From positions 3,753,361-3,817,360 of the forward strand of contig CM074805.1 in the NCBI GenBank assembly GCA_037447605.1: 64,000 bases of DNA, written 5' to 3'. The DNA comes from Zygnema circumcarinatum SAG 698-1b. Lineage: Eukaryota > Plantae > Zygnematophyceae. Position 1 is the first letter of the stretch, and each line of letters starts with the position of its first letter. The notes beneath the pieces were generated by a model. The model did no database searches and had not been told where the DNA came from. It saw only the letters and a program-made list of their open reading frames with translations. This document shows positions 1 to 12,700 of this stretch, in pieces. Both the position numbers and the translations under genes were made by a program.

Positions 1-1374
1 ATCTTCCCCGCGGACACCTCGGGGCATGACTCATCCTCGCTTTGTCGATCGGGTGCCAAAGAAGATGGTGCATTTTGCACCAACTACTAAGTCAGCTGGG
101 GCCGACGAGATTGCACGGTTGTATGTTGACAAAGTGTGGAGCCAGCATGGTCTTCAGTCAGAAATTGTGTCTGACCGTGATCCACGATTCACCGGCCATT
201 TTTGGACGGAAGTGCTCAAAATCGCGGGACCAAGGTGCGTTGAGTACAAAATTTTCCACCGCTAAACCGATGGGTTTATCGAACGGGTGAACAGTCCTCG
301 AGGATTACCCGCATTATGTGGGACCCACCGATGGGTGATGAACCGCCCCGCTGGCTGAATACGCCATCAATAATGCTTACCAGGAGTCCATTGGTACCAC
401 CCCTTTCTTCCTGAACTTTGGTCAGCATCCCCTAAATCCCCTGCAACCAAGGGATCAGCCCCCTGATCCGTGGAACATGGGCGTCCACAGAACCCCCGAC
501 CCTTGGAAGCTGAGAGGGACTGATGGGACTCAACCTCCCGCAGTCAGATCTTTTGTCCGGCTAATGTCCGAGGCGCTGCAGAGGGCACGGCAGACCCTGC
601 TAGCGGCCCAGTCGCGACAAAAGGCCTATGCTGACCGTCATCGTACCCAACTCACCTTCCGTGAGGGGCTTATGAGAGGTGTTGCTGGCACGCTTAACTT
701 GGAGACTCAAAGCTTGGCGGCGAACACGAAGCCGGCCCCCGCTTCATGACCTTAAGGTCGCGGAAGCTTAATCAATGATGTCGCTTACAGGTTGGACTTA
801 CCATCCCACGTGAAGGTGCATCCGGTCTTTCATGTGGGCTTGCTAAAAGTCTACCGTAGCGATGGGAGGATCCAGCCACCTCCCCCACCAGTGGAACTTG
901 AGGGTGAACTTGAGTATGAAGTTGAAACCATTCAAGCCCACCGTCTTGTGAGAAAGGGTCGATCTTCCCGTCACGAATACCTCGTGAAGTGGTTGGGCTA
1001 TGGGGTTGAACATAGCACATGGGAAGCCGAGGGCAACTTAACCNNNNNNNNNNGGCGCGGGGTCCGACTGACAGTCCGTCCGTACCAACGGTAACCCGTA
1101 ATTCTACGGACGACGGTTACGTTCCAAAACGTAAGGAAGATGTGGTCGGGATTCCGTGATCCCTCGACCACATCGGCGACGCGATACGTATATGTCTCAG
1201 TATACCGCGCCGCATCGAACCCTTGCAACCCTCGCAAGGTTCGATCCCAGGACCCTTCCCGGTCCTAGGTGGTCCCCGACGCCTTGGCCACTCGGCCCGC
1301 GCCCGGGGTGAGAGTACTAGGACGGAGCGCGCCCTAAGTACACCTCCCGTGGGTGACTGTAGCGTTTCGCTACA
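1..1374 (+). mobile_element. Degenerate Ty3/Gypsy (chromovirus) LTR retrotransposon: integrase C-terminus, chromodomain and probable 3' LTR
   Basis: Frameshifted pieces read HGLQSEIVSDRDPRFTGHFW (integrase core), AQSRQKAYADRHR, LPSHVKVHPVFHVGLLK and EYEVETIQAHR...YLVKWLGYGVEHSTWE (chromodomain). There is an N gap at 1044-1053. The LTR-like non-coding tail ends in TGTAGCG-TTT-CGCTACA at about 1374. Confidence 0.9.
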
Positions 1375-2694
1375 CATTATAAGCATGAGTGTTCAGTGTT
1401 ATCCGCCTCTCTCTCCATCTCTCTCTCTCCCCACTCTCCCTCTCCCCCCCATATATACACGTAGAAAGGAAAAAGGAGGCAGCTGCATACTACCTCGCAT
1501 GCTCACTCAACCTCAGAACCATCTGACCATCCGAAACCATTCAGCTACGCGAGTGGAAAAAGGCCCAAAAAAAAGCTTCCTCCTGGGAAGTCCCGGTGTC
1601 GCACCCACACCTTTTACTCTTTTCTTTCATTTTTGGAAATGGTCAAACATCAACATCGATGGTGTGACCAATCATGTTGGACATTGTCCTTGACCTGTTC
1701 TTGGCTGACGTCACAAGGTGACGCCTTGGCAGACTGCTTGTCTCTGTTGAAGCAGGGGACTGTTCGCTGCCTCCGGCAACACCTCGTGTGTCGCCCTCCA
1801 CGGGAACTCGTGTTCCCACTGATGATGACATTTCCACTTTATCACTCTCAAGGCTCTATCTCAATTCAATCATCGCCCATAACTCACAAAAAGAATATCA
1901 GAGATAAGCACAGCGGATAACAACTGAGAGAAGTGTAGGAGAAAGCTCACGGCTCTAAAACTCCTTATATGAAATGTCCACCCACATGAAGTTCTCCCAC
2001 CAATATGCTAGTTCTCTTACTCACTACCTCACGACACAAGTAAGGCAGCCCAGCAACACGAGCAGGCACAGAATAAGAAACTAGTGTGGTTTTTTTCTAC
2101 ATAGTAAAACTAATCACTATATACTTTAACATGGCGCTGTGACGTGACATGTGCCGCCATTGCCAGTCCTTGCAAACCGGCCGAGCGGCGCACTGAGACT
2201 CAGTGCGCCGTTTGTTCATGTACATGTGATGACATCATCGCCATCGTGAGCTCAATGCCACTTCCTCTCTCCAAGCAGGCCACGAAGACAAGTTTGGTCT
2301 CAAGGTCACTGACAGAAACAGAAACATAAAGCAAAAACAGTTTATTTTTTTAAACAGCGATTTCGGATTTTTTTTTTTTGGAAAGCCAAAATCCTTAATT
2401 TCTTATGTGTTCAATGTAATTGGTAGTAGGGGTAAGTCTTTCATTTGTCTTCGGGTGCTTTGTTGAGCTGTTGGTTCTTCGTGGTTCCCCCATCTTAACT
2501 TTGTGCATGCACATGTGATGGCATGGCCACATGGCGAGACCAATGCCAATTTTTCCTCTCGTTCTCATTCCACCTGCAAAACGATTCATGGGCTATGAAT
2601 TTTGTCGTCCAAGGTCAAATTTCATTGGGCCGCAAATTTCAGGATCACGGCTTTTGTGGACTCCAGTAGCGTGTGCGACGCAAAAAGAAAACAT

Positions 2695-2765
2695 TGTGCC
2701 AGCCGGGAATCGAACCCGGGTCTGCACCGTGGCAGGGTGCTATTCTACCACTAGACCACTGGCAC
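2695..2765 (-). tRNA. tRNA-Gly(GCC)
   Basis: Reverse complement is GTGCCAGTGGTCTAGTGGTAGAATAGCACCCTGCCACGGTGCAGACCCGGGTTCGATTCCCGGCTGGCACA. Full cloverleaf with A and B boxes, anticodon GCC, and a TTTTCTTTTT Pol III terminator just downstream. Confidence 0.95.
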
Positions 2766-3266
2766 TTGCTGTATACTCATGGTGACCAATGTATTTTATT
2801 TGTTTCTTTAGTCAAGTTAACCCCGCCATCTCGTAGCTTTTGTCCCTTTCACGTTGGTTAGCCAAGCGGACCATCTTGAGACCATCATGCTCTGATTGCC
2901 GCGATTGACTTGCTGCGAATTATCAGACAATAGCGATCGCGTTCCAATTAGAATAGACACGCTTGTAGGATCCATGATCTGTTTGGGCTAAGAAAAAAAA
3001 ATGAAGCTTTTGATCCCATAGCAACGGCAACAACAACATGGCTCTAAATGGGCGAGGAATGGCATTGGTCTCACAATGGCGAGGCCATCGAACGTGCATG
3101 GAAAAAGGGTGAGCGTGAAGAACGAAATGTAAAAAGGCAGCCAATGGCCAAAGGAGGAAAGCGAATGCCGCGAGCATAGCGTTGCTAGAGAGCAGCCGCA
3201 AAGCTCGCCAAATGTGGCGCAAATTCTCTATGGAGGAGCAGAAGGGGCGATCAACAACGTGTGCGC

Positions 3267-3319
3267 CTCCTCCTCCTCCTCCTCCTCCTCCTCCTCCTCC
3301 TCCTCGTCCTCCTCCTCCT
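3267..3319 (+). repeat. (CCT)n microsatellite
   Basis: Trinucleotide run read directly. Confidence 0.95.
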
Positions 3320-5658
3320 TCGGCCCGCAGGGAAGCACAACCCTCTCTGCTGCCGTACCGTGTGGGGGGGGGGGGGTGCGACCGCCATGGCTGCCTGGGC
3401 GGGACTAGCACCTGCCCCCTCCCTCGCCTCGCTGCAGGTGCGCGTGCCGGGACTCGAACCCGGGTCTGCGCAGGGATGCCGGGCCGGGCCGGGGCACGTC
3501 CAACGACTCCAACGATCCGTACGGCTCGTACGTGTCCCGGCCGGCGGAGGCGGGGGACCGGCGGGGACCGCCGGGGACCGACAGGGCGAGCGGGTGGAAA
3601 CAGGGCGGCCCTCTACTCTCCTCTTCTCTCCCTCGGCCTCCCTCTCCCTTTGTCTCCCTCCCTCCCTACCTCTCCCTCCCTCCTGTCCAGCCTCGGCCTC
3701 GGCCTCCGCCGCCCTCGCGATGCCCCTCCGCCCGCCGGTTCCTCGCGCCTCTCTCGCCCCCCTCGCGGCGCGCGCTCAGGCCTCCGCTTCACTTCTGCAC
3801 TGCGGAGCCTTCGGCGGGAAATTGAGCAAGAGAATGGGCCTGGAATTGGAGGGGCAGAAGTCAGAGCAGCCTGGTCTATGAGGAAGGTGGGGAAACTTGC
3901 CTGGAACACGGTAAAAGCAGAAATCGGTCTGGAAAGGGAGAAATTAAGCAAACTCGTGTTGTTTCGTGTCTTGCTGGTCTATCGAATGTTAATGGAAAAT
4001 AGTTAAGGCAGAATTTCTAAGCAAGTAAGCGCTATATGCGGAATTTTTTATATGGCGCATGCGACAGAATGTTGTCGCGCCAAATGAAGAAATTTAACGT
4101 TCATACTCCTGCAAATTGGCGTAACCACTTCGAAAAGCAACAGAGTACAGGTCTGGTGGGTTTTGTAAGCGATGCATCAACTGGGTTTAGTTGTAATCTA
4201 TTTAAATGGAATGCAAATGGTAGGTCAATGTCAAGGCAGGTAAGCTCTGGAGAGACAATTAGTGTTTTGTTTTTCACAAGATTTTTGAAGGAGAGAAGTG
4301 AGGAGCGAAGCTGAGGGAGTATCGTCTAGACTTATTTCTTCGACGTGATTTATAACGCAAATGCAACTAATTTTGATAGATTTTTTCTGTATTATCTAAG
4401 CTGATTAGTCGAAAGGTGAAGTCGGACGAGTCGATATAAAATTTATAACGTTTAGTTACTGAAGGAATTCAACCTTCTCGGAATGTGGAATTTCCTTTGA
4501 TGCACAAGCATGATTTCCATCGAGCATGAGCTTCTCTGTAGTGGAGACTAGCCGATGTAATTCTGGGCCTAAGCCTTTCTTAGCACGTAGTTGCTCTTTT
4601 TGGTTTGCAGTTAACTCACTGGACTTCAAAATATAACACTTTCATATATCATGCTCTTCTACAAATTTATTTTGTAGATATAAGACAACTTTTCTTACCA
4701 CTGGCACGAAAACCTTGACCTGCACTACAGTCAACCACAAACATAAAAAAATGGATAGACCCGTCTGTCACGTGGTGGCTAGCTTAACTAATCGGCATTT
4801 GAGCTTTCCATATAGGTTATAGAGAGGCATAGGTTTTGTGTGAGTGCCAACCTACCTGTAACGGACTTTACGTGGAAGATAGCGATTCCGCTGCACCTTC
4901 TAGAAGCACCCATTTTAGCTTTAGTGCCCTCATGGCTTGCGGCTACTTTTAATCACTTATCTGCCCTCTAAGCGCCCCTTTCATTCAAGAAGAGAGCGCG
5001 TAAGGTAACCTTTGTCTAATAGGGGACAATCCTTTGCTTCAGTGCCACATGCAATTTTGGCATTTGTGGTTTCCCTTAGACGCTTTTGAACCTCCTTCTT
5101 TCCCCTACTTCACCGACTAGCTAGTTATGTGACGCCCCCTCTCGCTTCAATGCGCCCATTGCAAGCCCTCCACTTAACTCCTTTTTTCCATATATTTTGA
5201 TCGGCTCCCTGCAGGGTATCTGTGCTCCCCCATGCTTCGCCATGCTCGCTCTTTGGACCATTCCATGCGCTTGCCTTGTGTGCTTCCATGAGTTCCCCTG
5301 ACCCAAGTTCAACTCTCCAGCCGCCGCCACGTGGCGGTGTGGAAGCTGCTGCACTCGGAGCCCCCCTCGGGGTGTCTCCCTCTGTTGGCCCATCGTCTCC
5401 CACTTGGGTACAATGTCCCTTCCTCACCCTAAAGCTTCTGCTTTTGGGACTACTTCAGATAGGCTTCCTTAGCTTGTGATTCGCAGTTCAGATGCGAAAT
5501 CTGAGGGGCAGCCTTGCGCTGCTGTGGGTTAATGTTAATGCCTGTATGTTCTAGAAGCTTTGTTGAGGAGTTAGTTATGTGAGCAATCGTCTTTGTTTCT
5601 TCGGGGAAAATGTCAGGATACCACGACTAAATAATTTGCGTGTTATGTCTGCGATTCG

Positions 5659-7892
5659 ATGCAGATGGACTGCCCGCACTTGCACTATCTCCACAACTCT
5701 TTCCCGCCTCCTCCACCGTCCTCTCCCGCTTTCCATCTCGGCAGCCTATTCCTCTCTGAAAGCTCGAGCCCTTCCGGAGCATGTGAGAGAAGCAGCCCCG
5801 CATCTGCCCCTCCTCGCATCGCCGTCATTTGCCCCCCCCCGAGCCTGCTTTATCGCACAATTCAACCGTCGGATTTGGGGGTGCTGCAAGCACTTCACGA
5901 GGCTTTGTTCCCGATCAGGTCCGACATCAAACTCACTCCCAACCTATCCTCACAGTCAGCTCCCTAAGGAGCTCCATTCTGTCTGTTAGCAACTGCTTGT
6001 ACGTCAGATGTTGAAATGTGGGGCAGAAGAATGCCATCAAACGTTAACACTCTTTTTCCTGTGGCATAATAACTTTTCCTTCCCTCTTGGACTTGTTCTG
6101 ACCCAGCTCTTTAGGTGTTTCGCATTTCCTGGCAGATACGAACCGGAGTTTTTCACGAGTGTTGTCTATGGCCGCGGGATTGTGTCGTGGGCGGCGGTTG
6201 ATGCGGCATCGCCGGATGGCCTTGTGGGCTTCGTGACGGCGCGAGTTGCTTCTATCAATGAGAGCGAAGTGGGTTCGGCGAATTCTATGTTGCTGGAGGG
6301 AGATTTGGATGATTTGGCAGATGTTTGTTTGTAGCGTTGTGAGCATTGAAGCGCACTCAGCATTCAGTAGAGGAAGGGGCGTTGTTGGGTGTCGATTTGA
6401 ACCCATACTTGTGTGGAAAGCAAGTGCAGGGATCTAGTTTATGGCTCAAGATATGGCAAAATGAGTACAAGAATGGCATTAGGACATTAAAAAAAGAAAA
6501 AAAACCGTTATGTTTGGAGGTGGTAACCGACGCAAAGTTTAGGGCACACTTTCGTGCATGAACTTGTGCTGGAAGTGACATGGATTAAAGTGGATACTTT
6601 CCAACGTGTTCAACACAATCAGCTAGTTGTCCGCAAGACTTGAGCTTGCTTCAGTGCATAATCTACTGCTCTTCTTCCCTCTGACCTAACAAAATCTTAC
6701 TTGTATAGGTGCCTTTTTTCCAACCCACGATCATTACTATCTTCCTAACTGCCCAATTCGTGGAAGCTGCCTGTTTTCCCCTGCTGCTTAGCTGCCAGTT
6801 TCTCCACTTGAGCCGGTCCCTTACTGACTCTGAAAGCCCAAACTTATGCAGGAGGTGGACCTGCTCGGCTACGAGCTTGGGCAGAGTGAACGGCAGGTCA
6901 TTTACATTCTCACTCTGGGAGTAACCCAACCTTATCGAAAGCTGGGGATAGGTGAGTCCCCTCTCTTCTCCTCCCACCATTAGTGGGAGAGGGAAAACTA
7001 TGCACATACTGGCGACTTGGCCTTCGTCCGAGATGCTTTTTTCTCTGACAGAAGCAGTGGCAGTTTCTCACTATCCCCAGTGCTCTGTTGCTCCCAGCAT
7101 CCATGCTCATAGGGAAGGTGCTGGATTACGCTGCCAGCTGTCCTTCCTGCAGAGCTGTCTACCTTCATGTCATCGCATACAACCATGCGGCGATCCTGCT
7201 GTACAAAAAGAACCGTTTCCAATGTCTGAGGCGGCTCAGTGAATTTTACTTCATCGGCGGCAGTTTGTATGACGCCTACTTATATGTGTACTATGTAAAC
7301 GGGGGACGCCGGCCCTTCTCGACAACGTACGTTTCTACCTTAACCCTCCCCATCCTTTTGTTTGATGCAACTCCTTTGGAAAGCGGCATTCCATTCCATC
7401 CCCTCCATTCCACGCAAGCTGCCGCAAAATGCTGGCCTGCCCGCCTGCATTTTAGATGCACAATGTGCCGGCGAAACAAACAAACAAGCACGCATGCATG
7501 CATGCATGTCAAACATGAATGCTGCTTTCATAGCATGTAGCACGTGACTTCTTCCAGTTCTGCTGCTCCAACCAACCAACCAACCAACCAACCAACCAAC
7601 CAACCAACCAACCAACCAACCAACCAACCAACCAACCAACCAACCAACCAACAGCGCTCTGCCATGTGGCAGCAGCGACATTGTGGGGTCCGCCGGGTCC
7701 TTTCTGCGCAGCTTCGTGGCGGTGGTGGAGCGGCTCCTCTTCTCCCCCCGCGCGGAGGGGGACGAGAAGAGGAGGAGGAGGCGGCGGAGGGCCGCCACGT
7801 GGCCGCTCCTCCGCGCGGGGGACCTCTGGGCGGCCCTCTTCGGCCGCACCGCGCTGCCCTGCGGAGAGGCCGCCGCCGCCCCGTGCGTGTGA
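5659..7892 (+). CDS. NAA60: GNAT N-alpha-acetyltransferase 60 / MCC1-like; exons ~5659-5918, 6136-6268, 6852-6951, 7098-7326, 7676-7892
   Basis: Spliced reading gives [15 protein letters not shown]...LVGFVTAR...[21 protein letters not shown]...[50 protein letters not shown] junctions keep the frame. The start codon is less certain. Confidence 0.88.
7567..7652 (+). repeat. (ACCA)n microsatellite in the last NAA60 intron
   Basis: About 21 tandem ACCA units. Confidence 0.95.
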
Positions 7893-8290
7893 AGGAGAAG
7901 GAGAAGGAGAGGAGAGGAGAGGAGAGGAGAGGAGAGGAGAGAGAGGAGAGGAGAGAGAGGAGAGGAGAGGAGAGGAGAGGAGAGGAGAGGAGTGGAAAGA
8001 GTGTAGGTTAGGGCAGGCTCAGGCAGGCAGGCAGGCAGGCCTGCGGGCGCCATTGAGAAAGCAGAAAGTTTTCCGGCAGGAAGGACCGTTTGGGTACGAG
8101 CAGGAAGTGTACAGTTGCCAGGAATGCGGGACGAGAGAGCTCTGTGAAAGAAAGTGAGAGGGGGGGGGGGGGACAGAGAGAAAGAGGGCAAAAGAGTGAG
8201 AGAGAGAGAAGAGAGCAAGAGAGGGAGAGAGAGAAAGAGAGCACGAGAGTGAGAGAGAGGGGGGGAAAAAAAGAGCGAGAGAGAGTCGTG
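7893..8290 (+). repeat. (GAGAG)n and GA-rich polypurine tracts in the NAA60 3' region
   Basis: Read directly. Confidence 0.85.
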
Positions 8291-9722
8291 GGCTGGGGAG
8301 AGATAGAAGGACAGAGCTCTCTCGGTCGTCCGCCAGCCTCCTTGGGGCCGCAGAACATGCGCTGCTCTGGCCTAATATAGGGACTGCCGTTTCTGTCGAC
8401 GCATTTGGCACTTCCGTGTGGGTGAAGAGCTTGCATGTTGTGGGGGAGGAAGAAGGCTTATGTGCCCACTGCGCTGAGCATGTTCAATCATCTCCTTTAT
8501 GAACCCTAGCAGCAAAAGCCTGAATTTTTACTATTGTGCTGTAATTTGCATTGGAGTCTGTCACACGTTTTAGTCACTTGGCACGTCTTGGCCACATCTA
8601 TTTTTAACTTTCCTTAGTCGTTTTCTGAGCTAGAAAATTCGTCTGCTTTGTCAGGGAGAGGGGTAGGGAGAGGGAGGGAGAGGCTAAAGCTAGTAATGGC
8701 GTCAGGCGATTCTCAGCTGTGTTGTTTTAGGATTTGGGCTAAAGGGCAGCTCCCACTCACCCATGTTGCTGCACAAGGGCGCTACGTGTGACTGGGTGTA
8801 TTGCATGTATTGAAATCAGAACATTTGAATTGTTTGAAAAACCGAATGACACGAATGAACCGAATGATGTCGGCGATGCTTCGAGTTGGAAGTCGTACGG
8901 CGACAATCGAGGAGTTAACCGGATCCTTCAGATTGCCCGAATCTTACGTGGAAAAACTGGAATCCACAAACCCTATAATGAGGTTTTGGGCTGACTTTTA
9001 TATGATTAGGTTTGATAGCTCGATGTGAAGGTAGATTTGCCGCTATGAACACCTCCCTTTGATGCAGATCACAAGATCAGTCAGTGTAGGGCTCGCGGCT
9101 TTCATCCGCGTCCTCACCGGTTTCCACATGCGGGCGGTAGAAGTTCAACAGTTGAAACGAATAAAAAAAAAAAATGAGATATAAAGGTGGATCCTACGGT
9201 AGAGATAACCATAGCTCAAAAAGACGGCTGCCCTACACGATGTGTTAGAAAGGGAGGATCAACTTCACAACGTTTTGTGAACTTAAGGAATCAATAGCTT
9301 CTCTGTAGTGCTTGCACATTCAACAATAGCCTTAAGAATAGTGAGAGGTCTTAAGTAGACCGCACGCATACTAAAGCAGTCCCCATCCTCCTGTTTGAAG
9401 CTCTCTCACGCTCCCATACAACGAGCAAACCCTGATTATGCATCAGATATCCATGAAAAACCATTCTTTTTTAAGAGAAGTCCTTATTCAAAATCAATTT
9501 CTTGTAGAAACAGATCATACACAATCACCAACATTTAATAATTCACTATTTTTCCTCATAATTGACATTCAAAGTAGACACGCGTTTGCAATTTTTTAGC
9601 GTTAGCTCGATTGGTGTATTGCTACAAAATGACATCAAGGCCTTCACTTCAACTCGAGCTAATCGTGACTCACTTCTGTTTCTAACATGCTCAAGTTCTT
9701 CAATTTGTCCAGTTGCCGCCAG

Positions 9723-12700
9723 CTAGGTCACGGGCGTGTCGACGTTAAAAACTTCACTTAAGGAGGCAGTCTCTGCATCTCCAATTTGTGTCTCCTCCAA
9801 CATTCGGACAACTTTTCCCATAGGCGGTCTCTGCAATGGATCATAGTCTAAGCATTGGAGGGCAACGTTGACCAGCACCGTTAGTTGCAGTTCATCATAT
9901 CGGTGCTTCAAGGCAGGATCAAGTATGCCATCATGCGAGTTTTGCGTTTCCGATTGCCTTGCCTGCACCCATTTCAAATTTGTTCCACAGGTCACAAGTG
10001 AATTCAGGATTCATGTCGAGATTCAAATCAGAACAAAGATTCTGCACATGACAAGTACAGGCTACAGTTGTGCAGCAGCTCTTGTTGTTGGTTTGGCTGG
10101 ATCCACTAGATCCACTAGAAACATTAGCAGACTGTGGATCCGTTCATACCAGGTCCACAAGATCCACATCGCCTGAAGCACTCCGCCCCGAGATCAACTC
10201 TAGAAGAACCATTCCAAAGCTGAACACGTCCACCTGCTCGCTCACGCTTTCCTCGCCAATGTACTCAGGTGCCACGTAGCCCCACGTGCCCAAGACCTGA
10301 CCAAGGAAAACATTACGAACAGAAGATGAAATTTTCTTTGAGACAAATACCATGCGAAATAGTCGACAAGTGAATTCTTACGGAAGCAATGCACTAATTG
10401 GAATCTGAAACCTGGCAACTTACTCTGGTTGTCATTGAAAACACTCCATCTGGAAGGAGCTTCGCCAATCCAAAATCAGCAATTTTTGGCTGGAAGGCAT
10501 CCGTCAAAAGGATGTTCGACGGCTTAATGTCTCTATGCACAATCCTTGGAGAACAGTCTTCATGAAGATAAGTGAGAATAGTCAAAGAAAGAAGAGCGAG
10601 TCAAGGAGTGCAACAAGTATGCAGTTAGCAAAGACCAGGCAGCCATAATACCTGGCAGGTTTCCTTTATCATGCGCACAAGAGCAGCACTATACATGCAA
10701 TTGGCTTATCTTCGTAAGTAGATCACATCAAACCCTTTGCAAAACGTCAGACTTTATCACGAGTATGGAATTGCAAGCTGTGGATGGATATGCAAGCGCC
10801 CTCGCAGTGCCTATTGCAATGCCGCAGCGTTGAATCCAAGATAGTTTCTCGTCAGCCTCTGCAGCCGCCAGAAAAAAAAAACATTTTTTTTTGGTATCGA
10901 GTGAATATAAGCGAAATGAAAGAAGGGAACGTTCTTTAGGCGCAAGTAGCTATGTTGTCACGTTTTATCTCCATAACTAGCTATAAACGACTGAAACACC
11001 AAAAAAAAGTCATTCGAAAGGGTAAGGATCCCGAAACCTGCTCAATTGTATCGGATACATACGAGTTTCATCGACTAAGGCAAGCAAAAAACGTCCAGAT
11101 CCACTTCATCAACCATAGTAGACGCAAACGTAAACTTCGTTAGAGAAGACACCCATGTGAGAGACACACTGAGATAAAGTAAAGCCAATGAGAGCATCAA
11201 TAGAACAACTTGTTGGAGAAATTCGCCGTACCGTGTAAGTGAAACGCCAGATTTCCGTTGGACACATATTCATACACGAGTATCCTGTGTTCGCCCTCAT
11301 TGCAAAACCCAACCAGCTGTACGAGATTGCGATGATGGGTCATACTGATAATGTTGACCTCTGCTGCATATTCTGATTCCCCTTGACCTTGCGTTCCACT
11401 CCGATTCAACACTTTGATAGCAACCTCGCGGCCATCTTCAAGGAGGCCCTTATATACATTTCCAAATCCTCCTCGTCCAAGAAGTGTGTCGAAGTGGAAA
11501 CCCCTCGCTGCAATGACGAGTTCCTCATGACTGAACTGCAGAGGGCCGTCTGCACTAGATACAGTGGCTGCAATTTTGCCAACACAATAAGTCAAAAGAG
11601 GAGATCAAAATCAAGATCGCTGCAAGATTTTATTCTAGATTATGTGGCCTGCAAAAGAAACGTCCCTCGATTCTTTCTAAAACAGTTTATCGAGATACCA
11701 ATTTTCACCTTCCAGATTCCGAAGTTTCACGTCAGAGGGCTGATCCGTGGGCTCAGATTCTGGGGTGCAACTTAAGCATGAAATGGCTGATTCACGAGGA
11801 TAGTGCATTCAATAAGTAGTGTTTGCCTGCTTCTGGTATTGAAGAAAATCAACTAGGAATATCTCACTGATGTTGTCAATAGGTTACAAAAAGAGACAAG
11901 TAATGCACTAAGGTTGACAACTTCACTTCTTTCTGTTTCGTGAGTTTCAGGAGGCTTACCTGCTGGCCTCGTTTTCATCCTCCTCTTGGAAAGGATTATC
12001 CGCCTTACTATGAAACCGAGAATAAGGATGACCACAACAAGTAATGAAATCAATACTCCAATGAGAAGTCCCCTTTTGCTGGCACCTGTTGATGTTGTAT
12101 CTTTTCCTGTTTCTTGAGGACAGGCGGCAGGTAGACCGTCGCCACAAAGGTATGGATTTCCATCTCGTCTGCACCCAAACCCCATAAATTTTGGAGAGCG
12201 TCTCCTTCGAAAGAGGAAAAAGCACAAATTAAGAGCTTAAATGCCCGCCCTTGAACAAACATGAAGACTGGAAATCTGCCGAACTACACGAATCCCTGTT
12301 ACTGGATGTTCACGATTGCTCATGCCTCAGCATAGACAAGTTATTTTTTTGATCGCCAATATCTTGGTCATGACATCATCGACAACGTTTACATGATCAT
12401 GTGGCACGCCATCAGCCATCAATTAGTTGCTGCGTGTAGGGATTACATGAGGTTGTCAAAAGGAGAGATCTTCCAGATATTCCGTGCTCTAAGAGTGGCA
12501 GACTAGTTAGGCCGAGCAGTTCATCGGCCCTGCCTGACACCCATCTCTACCAACTGGGAGGCCGGAAAGTGGTTTCCTAGGAGATTCTCTCTCATGAGAT
12601 GTGCAGCTCTTTAATAAAAGTGTGACTATGGGCACTGCTGCCATCCAGTACAGGCCTCTACCTCAGCCTTCCACTGGATCCCAAAATCACTAGACATTGC

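Noticed and set aside
2600-2694. Dicistronic tRNA-Gly-snoRNA as in Arabidopsis
   Set aside because: A T-run terminator follows the tRNA immediately, and no C/D boxes were seen downstream.
2923-4006. Long overlapping ORFs (poly-Pro/Gly/Leu)
   Set aside because: These result from the CCT microsatellite and a GC island with few stop codons; no domain is present.
7340-8436. ORFs such as LVGWLVGW and PTNQPTNQ
   Set aside because: Translations of microsatellites.
10560-10800. RLK as a pseudogene disrupted by an insertion with a TATC duplication
   Set aside because: Better explained by a U12 AT-AC intron whose removal restores the frame exactly.
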